A DNA stretch of 64,000 nucleotides, taken from positions 370,202,001 through 370,266,000 of the forward strand of contig OZ024741.1 in NCBI GenBank assembly GCA_964016885.1. The letters are read 5' to 3'. The translations under genes were made by a program, and so were the position numbers. The notes beneath the pieces were generated by a model. That model saw nothing but the letters and a program-made list of their open reading frames with translations, was not told the DNA's origin and searched no databases. This DNA is from Eledone cirrhosa. Lineage: Eukaryota. This document shows positions 1-18,000 of this stretch, piece after piece; the first letter of the stretch is position 1; every line of letters begins with the position of its first letter.

Positions 1-3000
1 ACACCCATTTACACACACACCAAAACACCGACACCCACTTACACACAGACTAAAACACAGATACCCACTTACACACAGACCAAAACACAAACACCTACTT
101 ACACACAGACACACACTTACACACACACCAAAACACAGACACCCATTTACAAACAGACCAACAAACAGTCACCCACTTACACACACACCAAAACACAGAC
201 ACCCCCTTACAAACACACCAAAACACAGACACCCACTTTCACACACACCAAAACACAGACCAATACACAGACACCCACTTACACACAGACCAAAACACAG
301 ACATCCATTTACACACAGACCATAACACAGATACCCACTTACACACAGACCAAAACACAGATACCCACTTACACACACACAAAAACACAGACGCCCACTT
401 ACACACAAACCAAAACATATATACCCACTTTCACACACACCAAAGAACAGTCACCCACTTTCACACAGCCCAAAACACATACACCCACTTACACACAGAC
501 CAAAACACAGGCACACACTTACACACAGACCAAAACTCAGACACCCACTTATAAACAGACCAAAACACAGACACACACTTACACACAGACGAAAAACACA
601 GACATCCAGTTACACACACGCCAAAACACTGACAACCACTTACAACCACACCAAAGCACATACACCCACTTACACACACCAAAACACAGGCACCCACTTA
701 CACACACACCAAAACACAGATACCCACTTACAAACACACTCACTTACAAACAGACCTAAACACAGACACCCACTTACACACACACCAAAACACAGACACC
801 CACTTACACACACACCAAATCACACACACCCACTTACACACAGAGCTAAATACGTACAACCACTTACACACACACCAAAAGACAGACACCCACTTATACA
901 CAGACTAAAACACAGACACCTACTTACACAGACCAAAACGCAGACACCAACTTACACACACACCATAACACAGACACCCATTTACACACAGACCAAAACA
1001 AAGACACCCACTTAGGCATAGTCCAAAACACAGACATCCACTCACACACATACAAAACACAGGCACACACTTACACACAGACCAAAACACGGACACCTAC
1101 TTACACACAGACCTATACACAGACACCCACTTACACACATCCCAAAACACAGACACCCACTTACACACAGACAAAAACACAGACGCCCACTTACACACAA
1201 ACCAAACATATATACCCACTTTCACACACACCAAAGAACAGACACCCACTTTCACACAGCCCAAAACACAGACACCCACTTACACTCAGACAAAAACACA
1301 GGCACCCACTTACACACAGACCTAAACACAGACACCCACTTACACACAACCCAAAACATAGACACACATTTACACACAGACCAAAAAACAGACAGCCACT
1401 TTCACACAGACTTAAATAGATAGAACCACTTACACACACACCAAAACACAGACACCCACTTTCACACACACCAAAGAACAGACACCCACTTTCTTCAGAC
1501 CAAAACACAGACACCCACTTACATAAACACCAAAACACATACACCCACTTACACACACACCAAAACACAGACACCAACATACACACACACAAAAACACAG
1601 ACACACGCTTACACATAGAACAAAACACAGGCACCCACTATAAACACAGACCAAAACACATACGCCCAATTACACTCAGACCAAAACACAGACACCCAGA
1701 GTACACACACACCAAAACACAGATACCCACTGACACACAGACCAAAACACAGAAATCCACTTACACACAGATCAAAACACTGACAACCACTTACACACAG
1801 ACCAAAACACAGACAGCCATTTACACACTGACCAAAACACAGACAAACACTTACACACAGACGAAAAATACAGACACCCAGTTACTCACACACCAAAATA
1901 CAGACACCCACTTACACACACATCAAAACACAGACACCCACTTACAAAAAAGACCAAATCATAGACACCCACTTACACACACACTAAAATACAGACACCC
2001 ACTTACACAGAGACCAAAACACGTACACCCACTTACACACAGCCCAACACAGAGACACCCACTTACACACAACCCAAAACATAGACACACATTTACACAC
2101 AGACCAAAAAACAGACAGCCAGTTACACACACAGTAAAACTCAGACACCCACTTACACACACATCAAAACACCGACACCCACTTACACACAGACACCCAC
2201 TTACACAAAGACCAAAACACAGACCCACTTACACACAGACCAAAACACAGACACCCACTTTCACACACACTAAAACACAGACACCCACATACACACCCAC
2301 CAAAACACAGACATACGCTTACACATAGACCAAAACACAGACACCCAATTACACACAGACCGAAACACAGACACCCAATTACACACAGACGAAAACAGAA
2401 ACACCCACATATGCACACACCAAAACACAGACACCCACTTACACACACACCAAAACACAGACACCCACTTACAAACAGACCCAAACACAGACACCCACTT
2501 ACACACACACCAAAACACAGACACCCACATACACACACCAGAACACAGACTACCACTTACAGACAGACCGAAACACAGATACCCACTTACACACAGACCA
2601 AAACACAAACACCTACTTACTCACAGACACACACTTACACACACACCAAAACACAGACACCCCCTTACAAACACACCAAAACACAGACACATAGTTACAC
2701 ACACACCAAAACGCAGACACACACTTATACACACACCAAAACACATACACCTAATTACCAAAATACCGACACCCAGTTACACATAGACCAAAACACATAC
2801 ACCCACTTACAGACACTTTAAATACAGACACCCACTTACACACAAATCAATATACAGACACCTACTTACACACAGACCAAAATACAGACACCCACTTACA
2901 CACAGACCAAAACACAGACTCCCATTTACACGCATATCTAAACACAAACACCCACTTACACACACACCAAAACACCGACACCGACTTACTCACAGACTAA

Positions 3001-6000
3001 AACACAGATACCTACTTACACACAGACCAAAACACAGACACCTACTTACACACAGACACACACTTACACACACACCAAAACACTGACACCCACGTACAAA
3101 CAGACCAAAACACAGTGACCCACTTACACAATGACCAAAACACAGACACCCACCTACAAACAGACCGAAACACAGACACCCAATTACACACAGACCGAAA
3201 CACAGACACCCAATTACACACAGACGAAAACACAAACAGCCACTTATGCACACAGCAAAACACAGACACACACTTACACACACACGAAAACACAGACAGC
3301 CACTTACAAACAGACCTAAACACAGACACCCACTTAAACACACACCAAAACACAGACACCCATTTACACACACACCAGAACACAGACACCCACTTACAGA
3401 CAGACCGAAACACAGTCACCCAGTTACACACAGACGAAAACACAAACACCCAATTATGCACACACCAAAACACAGACACACACGAAAACACAGACAGCCT
3501 CTTACAAACAGACCTAAACACAGACAACCAGTTACACACACACCAAAACATAGACACCCATTTACACACACACCAAAATACCGACACCCACTTACACACA
3601 GACTAAAACACAGATACCCACTTACACACAGACCAAAACACAATCACCTACTTACACACAGACACACACTTACACACACACTAAAACACAGACACCCACT
3701 TACAAACAGACCAACACACAGTCACCCACTTACACGCACACCAAAACAGAGACACCCCCTTACAAACACACTAAAACACATACACACAGTTACACACACA
3801 CCAAAACACAGACACCCACTTACACACAGACCAAAACACAGACACCCAGTTACACGCAGACGAAAACACAAACAGCCACTTATGCACACACCAAAACACA
3901 GACACACTTACACACAGATGAAAACACAGACAGCCACTTACAAACAGACCTAAACACAGACAGCCAGTTACACACACACCAAAACATAGACACCCATTTA
4001 CACACACACCAAAACACCGACGCCCACTTACACACAGACTAAAACACAGATACCCAATTACACACAGACCAAAACACAAACAACTACTTACACACAGACA
4101 CACACTTACACACACACCAAAACACAGAAACCCACTTACAAACAGACCAACACACAGTCACCCACTTACACGTACACCAAAACAGAGGCACCCACATACA
4201 CACACACACACAAAAAGACTCCCACTTACACACACAGCAAAACACAGACACCCCCTTACACACACACCAAAACGAAGACACCCACTTACACACACACCAA
4301 AACACATACACCTACTTACACACATACCAAAATACCGACACCCTCTTACACAAAGGTCAAAACACATACACCCACTTACAGACACATCAAAATACAGACA
4401 CCCACTTACATACACATCAAGATACAGACACCCACTTACATACACATCAAAATACAGACACCTACTTACACACAGACCAAAATACAGACACCCACTTACA
4501 CACAGACCAAAACACAGACGCCCCCTTAAACACATATCTAAACACAAACACCCACTTACACACACACCAAAACACCGACACCCACTTACACACATACCTA
4601 CTTACACACAGACACACACTTACACACACACCAAAACATATACACCTACTTACAAACAGTGCCAAACACAGACACCCACTTACACACACACCAACACACA
4701 GTCACCCACTTGCACACAAACAAAAACACAGGCACACACTTACACACAGACCAAAACACTGACACCCACTGACATACAGCCCAAAACACAGACACACACA
4801 CTTACACACAGACCAAAACACAGACACCCACTTACATACACACTAAAACCCATAGAAACACTTAAACACACACCAAAGATAGACACCCATTTACACACAC
4901 ACAAAAACACAGACACCCACTTACAGACAGACCAAAACACAGACACAAAATTACACACAAACCAAAACACAGATTCCACTTACACACAGACCAAAACACA
5001 TACATCCACTTACACAGAGACCAGAACGCAGACACCCACTTACACACACACACCAAAGCACAGACACCCACTGACACACAGTCAAAAACACAGAAATCCG
5101 CTTACACACAGACCGAAACACATACACCCACTTACACACACACCAAAACACCGGCACCCACTTACGCACACACCAAAATACGTACAACCATTTACACAAA
5201 CTCCAAAACACAGATACCCACTTACACTCAGACCAAAACACAGACACTTACTTACACAAAGACCTAAACACAGGCACCCACTTACACGCACACCAAAACA
5301 CAGACACCCATATACACACACACAAAAAAAAGACTCCCACTTACACACACACCAAAACACAGACACCCCCCTTACACACACACCAAAACACAGACACACA
5401 CCAAAACACAGACACCCACTTACACACACACCAAAACACATACACCTACATACACACACACCAAAATACTGACACCCACTTACACATAGACCAAAACACA
5501 GACACCCACTTACACACCCACTAAAACACAGACACCCACTTACACACACACCAAAACACAGACACCCACTTACAAACAGACCAAAACATTGACACCCACT
5601 GACACACAGCCCAAAACACAGACACCCAGTTACACACACACCAAAACACAGACACCCACTTACACACACACCAAAACACATATACCCACTTACACACACA
5701 CCTAAACACCGACACCCACTTACACACAAACCAAAACACTGACACCCACTTACGCACACACCAAAATACGTACAACCATTTACACAAACACCAAAACACA
5801 GTCAACCATTTACACACAGACTTAAACACAGATACCCACTTACACTCAGACCAAAACACAGACAATTACTTACACACAGACCTAAACACAGACACCCACT
5901 AACACAAACACCAAAACACAGACACCCACTTACAAATAGACCAAAACACAGTCACCCACTTACACACACACCAAAACACAGACAGCCAATTATACACACA

Positions 6001-9000
6001 CCAAAACACGGACACCCACTTACAAACATACCTAAACACAGACATCCACTTACACACACACTAAAACAGAGACACCCACTTACAAAAACACCAAAACACA
6101 GATACCCACTTACACTCAGACCAAAACACAGACAATTACTTACACACAGACCTAAACACAGACACCCACTAACACAAACACCAAAACACAGACACCCACT
6201 TACAAATAGACCAAAACACAGTCACCCACTTACACACACACCAAAACACAGACAGCCAATTATACACACACCAAAACACGGACACCCACTTACAAACATA
6301 CCTAAACACAGACATCCACTTACACACACACTAAAACAGAGACACCCACTTACAAAAACACCAAAACACAGACACCCACTTACACACACACCAAAACACA
6401 GACACCTATTTACAAACAGACCAAAACACAGACACCCACTTACACACAGACGAAAACACAGACACCCAGTTACACGCAGACCAAAACACAGACACCCACT
6501 TACACACAGACCAAAACACAGACGCCCACTTACACATATATCTAAACACAAACACTCACTTACACACAGTCCAAAACACAGACACCCACTTACACACAGA
6601 CCAAAGCACAGACACCCACTTACACACAGACCAAAACACAGACACCCACTTACACACAGACTAAAACACAGACAGCCACTTATACACAGAACAAAACACA
6701 TACACCCAGTTACAGACACACCAAAACACAGACACCCACTTACACACACACAAATACACATACACCCACTTACACACACACCACATCACCGACACCCACT
6801 TACAAACACCAAAACACAGACACCCACTTACACACACATCAAAATACGTACAACCATTTACACAAACACCAAAACACAGGCACCCACTTATACACAGACT
6901 AAAACACAGATACCCACTTACACTCAGACCAAAACACAGACACTTACTTACACACAACCTAAACACAGATACCCACTTACACACACACCAAAACACAGAC
7001 ACCCACTTACAAACAGACCAAAACACAGTCAACCACTTACACACACACCAAAACACAGACACCCATTTATACACACACCAAAACACAGACACCCACTTAC
7101 AAACATACATAAACACAGACACCCACTTACACACAGACCAAAACACAGACACCCATTTACACACACACCAAAACACAGACACCCATTTACACACAGACCA
7201 AAACACAGACACCTACTTACACACAGTGTAAAAACACAGACACCCACTTACACACACACCAAAACACAGACACCCACTTACACACAGACCAAAACACACA
7301 CGTCCTCTTACACACAGATCAAAACAAAGACACCCACTTACACACACACCAAAACACAGACACCCACTTACACACACACAAAAATACAGAAACCCACTTA
7401 CACACAGACCAAAACACAGATACCCACTTACACACAGACCAAAACACATACACCCACTTACACACACATCAAAATACAGAAACCTACTTACACACAGACC
7501 AAAACACAGACACCCACTTACACACAGACCATAACACAGACGCCCCCTTACACACATATCTAAACACAAACACCCACTTACACACAGGCCAAAACACAGA
7601 CATCCACTTACAGAAAGACAAAAACCCATACACCCACTTACAAACAGACCAAAACACAGACACCCACTTACACACAGACTAAAATACAGTTACCCACTTA
7701 CACTCAGACCAAAACACAGACACTTACTTACACACAGACCTAAACACAGACTCCCACTTACACACACACCAAAACACAGACACCCACTTACAAACAGACC
7801 AAAACACAGTCACCCACTTACACACACACCAAAACACAGACACCCATTTATACACTCACCAAAACACAGCCACCCACTAACACACAGACACCCACTTACA
7901 CACAGACGAAAACCCAGACACCCACTTACACACACACCAAAAAAAACAGACACCCACTTACACACAGATCAAAACACATACACCCACTTACACATAGATC
8001 AAAATACAGACACCTATTTACACACACACCAAAACACTGTGACCCACTTACACACAGACCAAAACACAGACGCCCACTTACACATATATCTAAACACAAA
8101 CACCCACTTACACACAGGCCAAAACACAGACATCCACGTACACACAGACCAAAACGCAGGCATCCACTTACACACACACCAAAACACAGACACCCACTTA
8201 CACACAGACTAAAACAGAGACAGCCACTTACACTCAGACCAAAACACAGACACTTTCTTACACACAACCTAAACACAGATACCCACTTACACACACACCA
8301 AAACACAGACACCCACTTACAAACAGACCAAAACACAGACACGCACTTACACACAGACCAAAACACAGACTCCCACTTACACACAGTGCAAAACACAGAC
8401 ACCCACTTACACACACACCAAAACACAGACACCCATTTACACATAGACCAAAACACAGACACCCACTTACACACAGTGCAAAACACAGACACCCACTTAC
8501 ACACACACCAAAATACAGACACCCACTTACACACAGACCAAAACACACAAACCCACTTACGCACAAACCAAAAGACAGACACCCACTTACACACAGACAA
8601 AAACACAGACACCCACTTACACACACACAAAAATACAGAAACCCACTTACACACAAATCAAAACACAGACACCCACTTACACACAGACCAAAACACATAC
8701 ACCCACTTACACACATGTCTAAACACAAACACACACTTACACACATGCCAAAACACAGACATCCACGTACACACAGACCAAAACACAGACACCCACTTAC
8801 ACAAAGATAAAAACCCATACACCCACTTACAAACAGACCAAAAGACAGATACTCACTTACACACAGACCAAAACAAAGACACCCACTTACAAACAGACCA
8901 AAACACAGACAACTACTTACACACAGACCAAAACAAAGACTCCCACTTACACACACACCAAAACACAGACACCCACTTACAAACAGACCAAAACACAGTC

Positions 9001-12000
9001 ACCCACTTACACACACACCAAAACACAGACACCCATTTATACACTCACCAAAACACAGCCACCCACTTTCAAACATACCTAAACACAGACACCAACTTAC
9101 ACACAGACTTAAGCACAGACACCCACTTATACAAACACCAAAACACAAACATCCACTTACACACACATCAAAATACGTACAACCATTTACACAAACACAA
9201 AAACACAGTCACCCACTTACACACAGACTAAAACACAGATACCCACTTACACTCCGACCAAAACACTGACACTTACTTACACACAGACCTAAACACAGAC
9301 ACCCAATTACACACACACCAAAACACAGACACCCACTTACACACAGACCAAAACACAGACACCCACTTACACACAGAGCAAAACACAGTCACTCACTTAC
9401 ACACACACCAAAACAAAGCCACCCACTTACACACAGACCAAAACACAGACACCCACTTACACACACACAAAAATACAGAAACCCACTTACACACAGACCA
9501 AAACACATACACCCATTTACAGACACATCAAAATAGAGACACCTACTTACACACAGACCAAAACACAGACACCCACTGACACACAGACCAAAACACAGAC
9601 GCCCACTTACACACATATCTAAACACAAACACCCACGTACACACAGGCCAAAACACAGACATCCACGTACACACAGACCAAAACACAGACACCCACTTAC
9701 ACACAGACCAAAACACAGACACCCACTTACACACAGACTAAAACACAGACACACACTTACACACAGAGCAAAACACAAACACCCACCTACACACAGACCT
9801 AAACACAGACACCCTCATACACAGACACAAAAACACAGACACCCACTTACACACAGACCTAAACACAGATACCAATTTACACACACACCAAAAAACATAC
9901 ACCCAGTTACACACACAACAAAACACAGACACCTACTTACACACACACAAATACACATACACCCACTTACACACACACCACATCACCGACACCCTCTTAC
10001 ACACAACAAAACACAGACACCCACTTACACAGACATCAAAATACGTACAATCATTTACACAAGCACCAAAAGACAGTCACCCACTTACACACAGACTAAA
10101 TCACAGATACCCACTTACACTCAGACCAAAACACAGACACTTACTTACACACAACCTAAACACAGTCACCCGCTTACACACACACCAAAACACGGACACC
10201 CATGTATACACACACCAAAACACAGACACCCACTTACACACACACAAAAATACAGAAACCCACTTACACACAGACCAAAACACAGATACCCACTTACACA
10301 CAGACCAAAACACAGACACCCACTTACACACACACCAAAACACAAGACACCCACTTACAAACAGACCAAAACACAGTCAGCCACTTATACACACACCAAA
10401 ACACAGACACCCATTTATACACACACCAAAACACAGACACCTACTTACACACACACAAAAATACAGAAACCCACTTACACACAGACCAAAACACAGATAC
10501 CCACTTACACACAGACCAAAACACATACACCCACTTACACTCACATCAAAATCCAGACACCTACTTACACACAGACCAAAACACAGACACCCACTTACAA
10601 ACAGACCAAAACACAGTCACCCACTTACACACACACCAAAACACAGATACCCACTTACACACACACCAAAACACAGACACCCACTTCCCAAAAGACTAAA
10701 ACACAGTCACCCACTTATACACGCAACAAAACACAGACACCCATTTACACAGAGACCAAAAAAATACACCCAGTTACACACACACCAAAACACAGACACC
10801 CACTTACACACAGTGCAAAACACAGACACCCACTTACACTCAGACCAAAACACAGACACCCACTTACACACAGACCAAAACACACACACCCACTTACACA
10901 CAGACCAGAACAAAGACACCCACTTACACACAGACCAAAACACAGACACCCGCTTACACACACACAAAAATACAGAAACCCACTTACACACAGACCATAA
11001 CACAGATACCCACTTACACTCAGACCAAAACACATACACCCATTTACATACACATCAAAATACAGACACCTACCTACACACAGACCAAAACACAGACACG
11101 CACTTACACACAGACCAAAACAAAGACGCCCATTTACACACATATCTAAACACAAACACCCACTTACACACAGGCAAAAAGACAGACATCCACGTACACA
11201 CAGACCAAAACACAGACACCCACTTACACAAAGACAAAAACCCATACACCCACTTACAAACAGAGCAAAACACAGACACGCACTTAAACACAGACTAAAA
11301 CACAGATACCCACTTACACACAGACTAAAACACAGATACCCACTTACACTCAGACCAAAACACAGACAATTACTTACACACAGACCTAAACACAGACACC
11401 CACTTACACACACACCAAAACACAGACACCCACTTACACACAGACCAAAACACAGACACCCACTTACACACAGACTAAAACACAGATACCCACTTACACT
11501 CAGACCAAACACAGACACTTACTTACACACAGACCTAAACACAGACTCCCACTTTCACACACACCAAAACACAGACACCCACTTACACACACACCAAAAC
11601 ACAGACACCCATTTATACACTCACCAAAACACAGCCACCCACTTACAAACATACCTAAACACAGACACCCACTTACACACACATAAGCACAGACAGCCAC
11701 TTATACAAACACCAAAACACAGTCACCCACTTACACACACACTAAAACACAGATATCCACTTACACTCAGACCAAAACACTGACATTTACTTACACATAG
11801 ACCTAAACACAGACACCCACTTACACACACACCAAAACAAATACACCCACTTACACACCGACCAAAACACAGACACCCACTTACACACAGAGCAGAACAC
11901 AGTCACTCACTTACACACACACCAAAACAAAGCCACCCACTTACATACAGAACAAAACACAGACACGCACTTACAGACAGACCAAAACACAAACACCCAC

Positions 12001-15000
12001 TTAGACACAGGCAAAAACACAGACATCCACTTACACACACACCAAAACAGAGACACCCTTTTACACACAGATACCCACTTACACTCAGACCAAAATACAG
12101 ACACTTACTTACACACAACCTAAACACAGATACCCACTTACACACACACCAAAACAGAGACACCCACTTCCAAAAAGACTAAAACACAGTCACCCAATTA
12201 CACACACACCAAAACACAGACACCCACTTACACACAGACCAAAACACAGACACCCACTTACACACAGTGCAAAACACAGACACCCACTTACACACACACC
12301 AAAACACAGACACCCACTTACACACAGACCAAAACATACACACCCACTTACACACAAACAAAAACAAAGACACCCACTTACACACACACCAAATCACAGA
12401 CATCCACTTACACACAGACCAAAACACAGACACCCACTTACACACAGACCAAAACACAGACTTACACACAGAGCAGAACACAGTCACTCACTTACACACA
12501 CACCAAAACAAAGCCACCCACTTACATACAGACCAAAACACAGACACGCACTTACAGACAGACCAAAACACAAACACCCACTTAGACACAGGCAAAAACA
12601 CAGACATCCACTTACACACACACCAAAACAGAGACACCCTTTTACACACAGATACCCACTTACACTCAGACCAAAATACAGACACCCACTTACACACAGA
12701 CCAAAACATACACACCCACTTACACACAAACAAAAACAAAGACACCCACTTACACACACACCAAATCACAGACATCCACTTACACACAGAGCAGAACACA
12801 GTCACTCACTTACACACACACCAAAACAAAGCCACCCACTTACACACAGACCAAAACACAGACACGCACTTACAGACAGACCAAAACACAGACACCCACT
12901 TACACACAGACCAAAACACAGACACCCACTTACACACAGACCAAAACACAGACACCCACTAACACTCAGATCAAAACACAGATACCCACTTACACACACA
13001 CCAAAACACAAACACCCACATACACACAGACCTAAACACAGACACCCACTTACACACACACCAAAACACACTCACCCACTTACACACAGACCAAAACACA
13101 GACACCGCTTTACACACAGACCAAAACACAGACACCCTCTAACACAGACACCAAAACACAGACACCCACTTACACACAGACCTAAACACAGACACCCATT
13201 TACACACAGACCAAAAAAAATACACCCACTTACACACACATCAAAATACGTACAATCATTTACACAAACACCAAAACACAGTCACCCACTTACACACAGA
13301 CTAAATCACAGATACCCACTTACACTCAGACCAAAACACAGACACTTACTTACACACAACCTAAACACAGACACCCACTTACACACACACCAAAACAGAG
13401 ACACCCACTTCCAAAAAGACTAAAACACAGTCACCCACTTACACACACACCAAAACACAGATACCCATGTATACACACACCAAAACACAGACACCCACTT
13501 ACACACAGACCAAAACACAGACACCCACTTACACACACACCAAAACACAGACATCCACTTACACACAGACTAAATCACAGATACCCACTTACAGTCAGAC
13601 CAAAATACAGACACTTGCTTACACACAACCTAAACACAGACACCCACTTACACACACACCAAAACAGAGACACCCACTTCCAAAAAACTAAAACACAGTC
13701 ACCCACTTACACACACACCAAAACACAGACACCCACTTACACACAGACCAAAACACAGACACCCACTTACACACAGTGCAAAACACAGACACCCACTTAC
13801 ACACACACCAAAACACAGACACCCACTTACACACAGACCAAAACATACACACCCACTTACACACAAACCAAAACAAAGACACCCACTTACACACACACCA
13901 AATTACAGACACCCACTTACACACATACCAAAACACACATATCCACTTACACACAGACCAAAACAAAGACACCCACTTACACACAGACACCCACTTACAC
14001 AGACACAAAAATACAGAAACCCACTTACACACAGACCAAAACTCAGATACCCACTTACACACAGACCAAAACACATACACCCACTTACACACATCAAAAT
14101 ACAGACACCCACTTACACACACACAAAAATACAGAAACCCACTTACACACAGACCAAAACTCAGATATCCACTTACACACAGACCAAAACAAAGACACCC
14201 ACTTACACACAGACACCCACTTACACACACACAAAAATACAGAAACCCACTTACACACAGACCAAAACACAGACACCCACTTACACACAGACCAAAACAC
14301 AGACGCCCACTTACACACATATCTAAACACAAACACCCACTTACCCACAGACCAAAACACAGACATCCACGTACACACAGACCAAAACACAGACGCCCAC
14401 TTACACACATATCTAAACACAAACACCCACTTACACACAGGCCAAAACACAGACATCCACGTACACACAGACCAAAACACAGACACCTACTTACACACAG
14501 ACCAAAACATAGACACCAACTTACAGACAGACCAAAACACAGATACCCACTTACACACACACTAAAACACAGACACCCACTTACACACAGACCAAAACAC
14601 AGACACCCACTTACACACAGACCAAAACACAGACGCCCACTTACACACATATCTAAACACAAACACCCACTTACCCACAGACCAAAACACAGCCATCCAC
14701 GGACACACAGACCAAAACACAGACACCCACTTACACATACACCAAAAGACAGACGCCCACTTACACACAGGCCAAAACACAGACATCCACGTACACACAG
14801 ACCAAAACACAGACACCCACTTACACACAGACCAAAACACAGACACCCACTTACAGACAGACCAAAACACACACACCCACCTACACACAGACCTAAACAC
14901 AGACACCCACTTACACACACACCAAAACACAGTCACCCACTTACACACAGACCAAAACACAGACACCGCTTTACACACACACCAAAACACCGACACCCAC

Positions 15001-18000
15001 TTACACACACCAAAAGACAGACACCCACTTACACACACATCAAAATACGTACAACCATTTACACAAACACCAAAACACAGTCACCCACTGACACACAGAC
15101 TAAAACACAGATACCTATTTACACGCATACAAAAACACAGACACTTACTTACACACAGACCTAAACACAGACACCCACTTACACACACACCAAAACACAG
15201 ACACCCACTTCCAAACAGACCAAATTACAGTCACCCATTTACACACACACCAAAACACAGACACCCAGCTACACACACTCCAAAACACAGACACCCACTT
15301 ACACACGGACCAAAACCCAGACACCCACTTACACACACACCAAAACACAGACGCCCACTTACACACATATCTTAACACAAACACCCACTTACACACAGGC
15401 CAAAACACAGACATCCACGTACACACAGACCAAAACACAGACACCCACTTACACACAGACCAAAACACAGACACCCACTTACAGACAGACCAAAACACAG
15501 ATACCCACTTACACACACACCAAAACACAGACACCCACTTCCAAACAGACCAAATTACAGTCACCCATTTACACACACACCAAAACACAGACACCCAGCT
15601 ACACACACTCCAAAACACAGACACCCACTTACACACGGACCAAAACCCAGACACCCACTTACACACAGAGCAAAACACAGACACCCACCTACACACAGAC
15701 CTAAACACAGACACCCACCTACACACAGACCTAAACACAGACACCCAGTTACACACACACCAAAACACAGACACCCACTTACACACAGACCAAAACACAG
15801 ACACCCACTTACAGACAGACCAAAACACAGATACCCACTTACACACACACCAAAACACAGACACCCACATCCAAACAGACCAAATTACAGTCACCCATTT
15901 ACACACACACCAAAACACAGACACCCAGCTACACACACTCCAAAACACAGACACCCACTTACACACGGACCAAAACCCAGATACCTATTTACACTCATAC
16001 AAAAACACAGACACTTACTTACACACAGACCTAAACACAGACACCCACTTACACACACACCAAAACACAGACACTCACTTCCAAACAGACCAAATTACAG
16101 TCACCCATTTACACACACACCAAAACACAGACACCCAGCTACACACACTCCAAAACACAGACACCCACTTACACACGGACCAAAACCCAGACACCCACTT
16201 ACACACAGAGCAAAACACAGACACCCACCTACACACAGACCTAAACACAGACACCCAGTTACACACACACCAAAACACAAACACCCACTTACACACAGAC
16301 CAAAACACAGACACCCACTTACAGACAGACCAAAACACAGATACCCACTTACACACACACCAAAACACAGTCACCCACTTACACACACACCAAAACACCG
16401 ACACCCACTTACACACACCAAAACACAGACACCCACTTACACACACACCAAAATACGAACAACCATTTACACAAACACCAAAACACAGTCACCCACTTAC
16501 TCACAGACTAAAACACAGATACCCATTTACACTCATACCAAAACACAGACACTTACTTACACACAGACCTAAACACTGACACCCACTTACAAACAGACCA
16601 AAATACAGTCACCCACTTACACACACACCAAAACAGGGACACCCATTTATACACTCACCAAAACAAAGACACCCACTTACAAACATACCTAAAGACAGAC
16701 ACCCACTTACATACACACCAAAACACAGACAGCCACTTACAAAAACACCAAAACACAGACACCCACTTACACACACACCAAAACACATACACCTATTTAC
16801 AAACAGACCAAAACACAGACACCCACTTACACACAGACCAAAACACAGACACCCATTTACACACACACCAAAACACAGACACCCAGTTACACACAGACAC
16901 CTACTTACACACAGACCAAAACCCAGACACCCACTTACACACACACCAAAACACAGACACCCACTTACACACAAACCAAAACACAGACACCCACTTACAC
17001 ACAGAGCAAAACACAGACACCCACTTACACACACACCAAAACACAGACACCCACTTACACACAGACCAAAACAAAGACACCCACTTACACACAGACCAAA
17101 ACACAGACACCCACTTACACACACACAAAAATACAGAAACCCACTTACACACAGACCAAAACACAGACACCCACTTACACACAGACCAAAACGCAGACGC
17201 CCACTTACACACATATCTAAACACAAGCACCCACTTACACACAGGCCAAAACACAGACATCCTACTACACACAGGCCAAAACACAGACACCCACTTACAC
17301 ATAGACCAAAACACAGACACCCACTTACACACAGGCCAAAACACACACATCCTACTACACACAGGCCAAAACACAGACACCCACTTACACATAGACCAAA
17401 ACACAGACACCCACTTACACACAGGCCAAAACACAGACACCCACTTACACACAGAGCAAAACACAGACACCCACTTACACACAGACAAAAACACCGACAC
17501 CCACTTACACACACCAAAACACAGACACCCACTTACACACACACCAAAATACGAACAACCATTTACACAAACACCAAAACACAGTCACCCACTTACTCAC
17601 AGACTAAAACACAGATACCCATTTACACTCATACCAAAACACAGACACTTACTTACACACAGACCTAAACACTGACACCCACTTACAAACAGACCAAAAT
17701 ACAGTCACCCACTTACACACACACCAAAACAGGGACACCCATTTATACACTCACCAAAACAAAGACACCCACTTACAAACATACCTAAAGACAGACACCC
17801 ACTTACATACACACCAAAACACAGACAGCCACTTACAAAAACACCAAAACACAGACACCCACTTACACACACACCAAAACACATACACCTATTTACAAAC
17901 AGACCAAAACACAGACACCCACTTACACACAGACCAAAACACAGACACCCATTTACACACACACCAAAACACAGACACCCAGTTACACACAGACACCTAC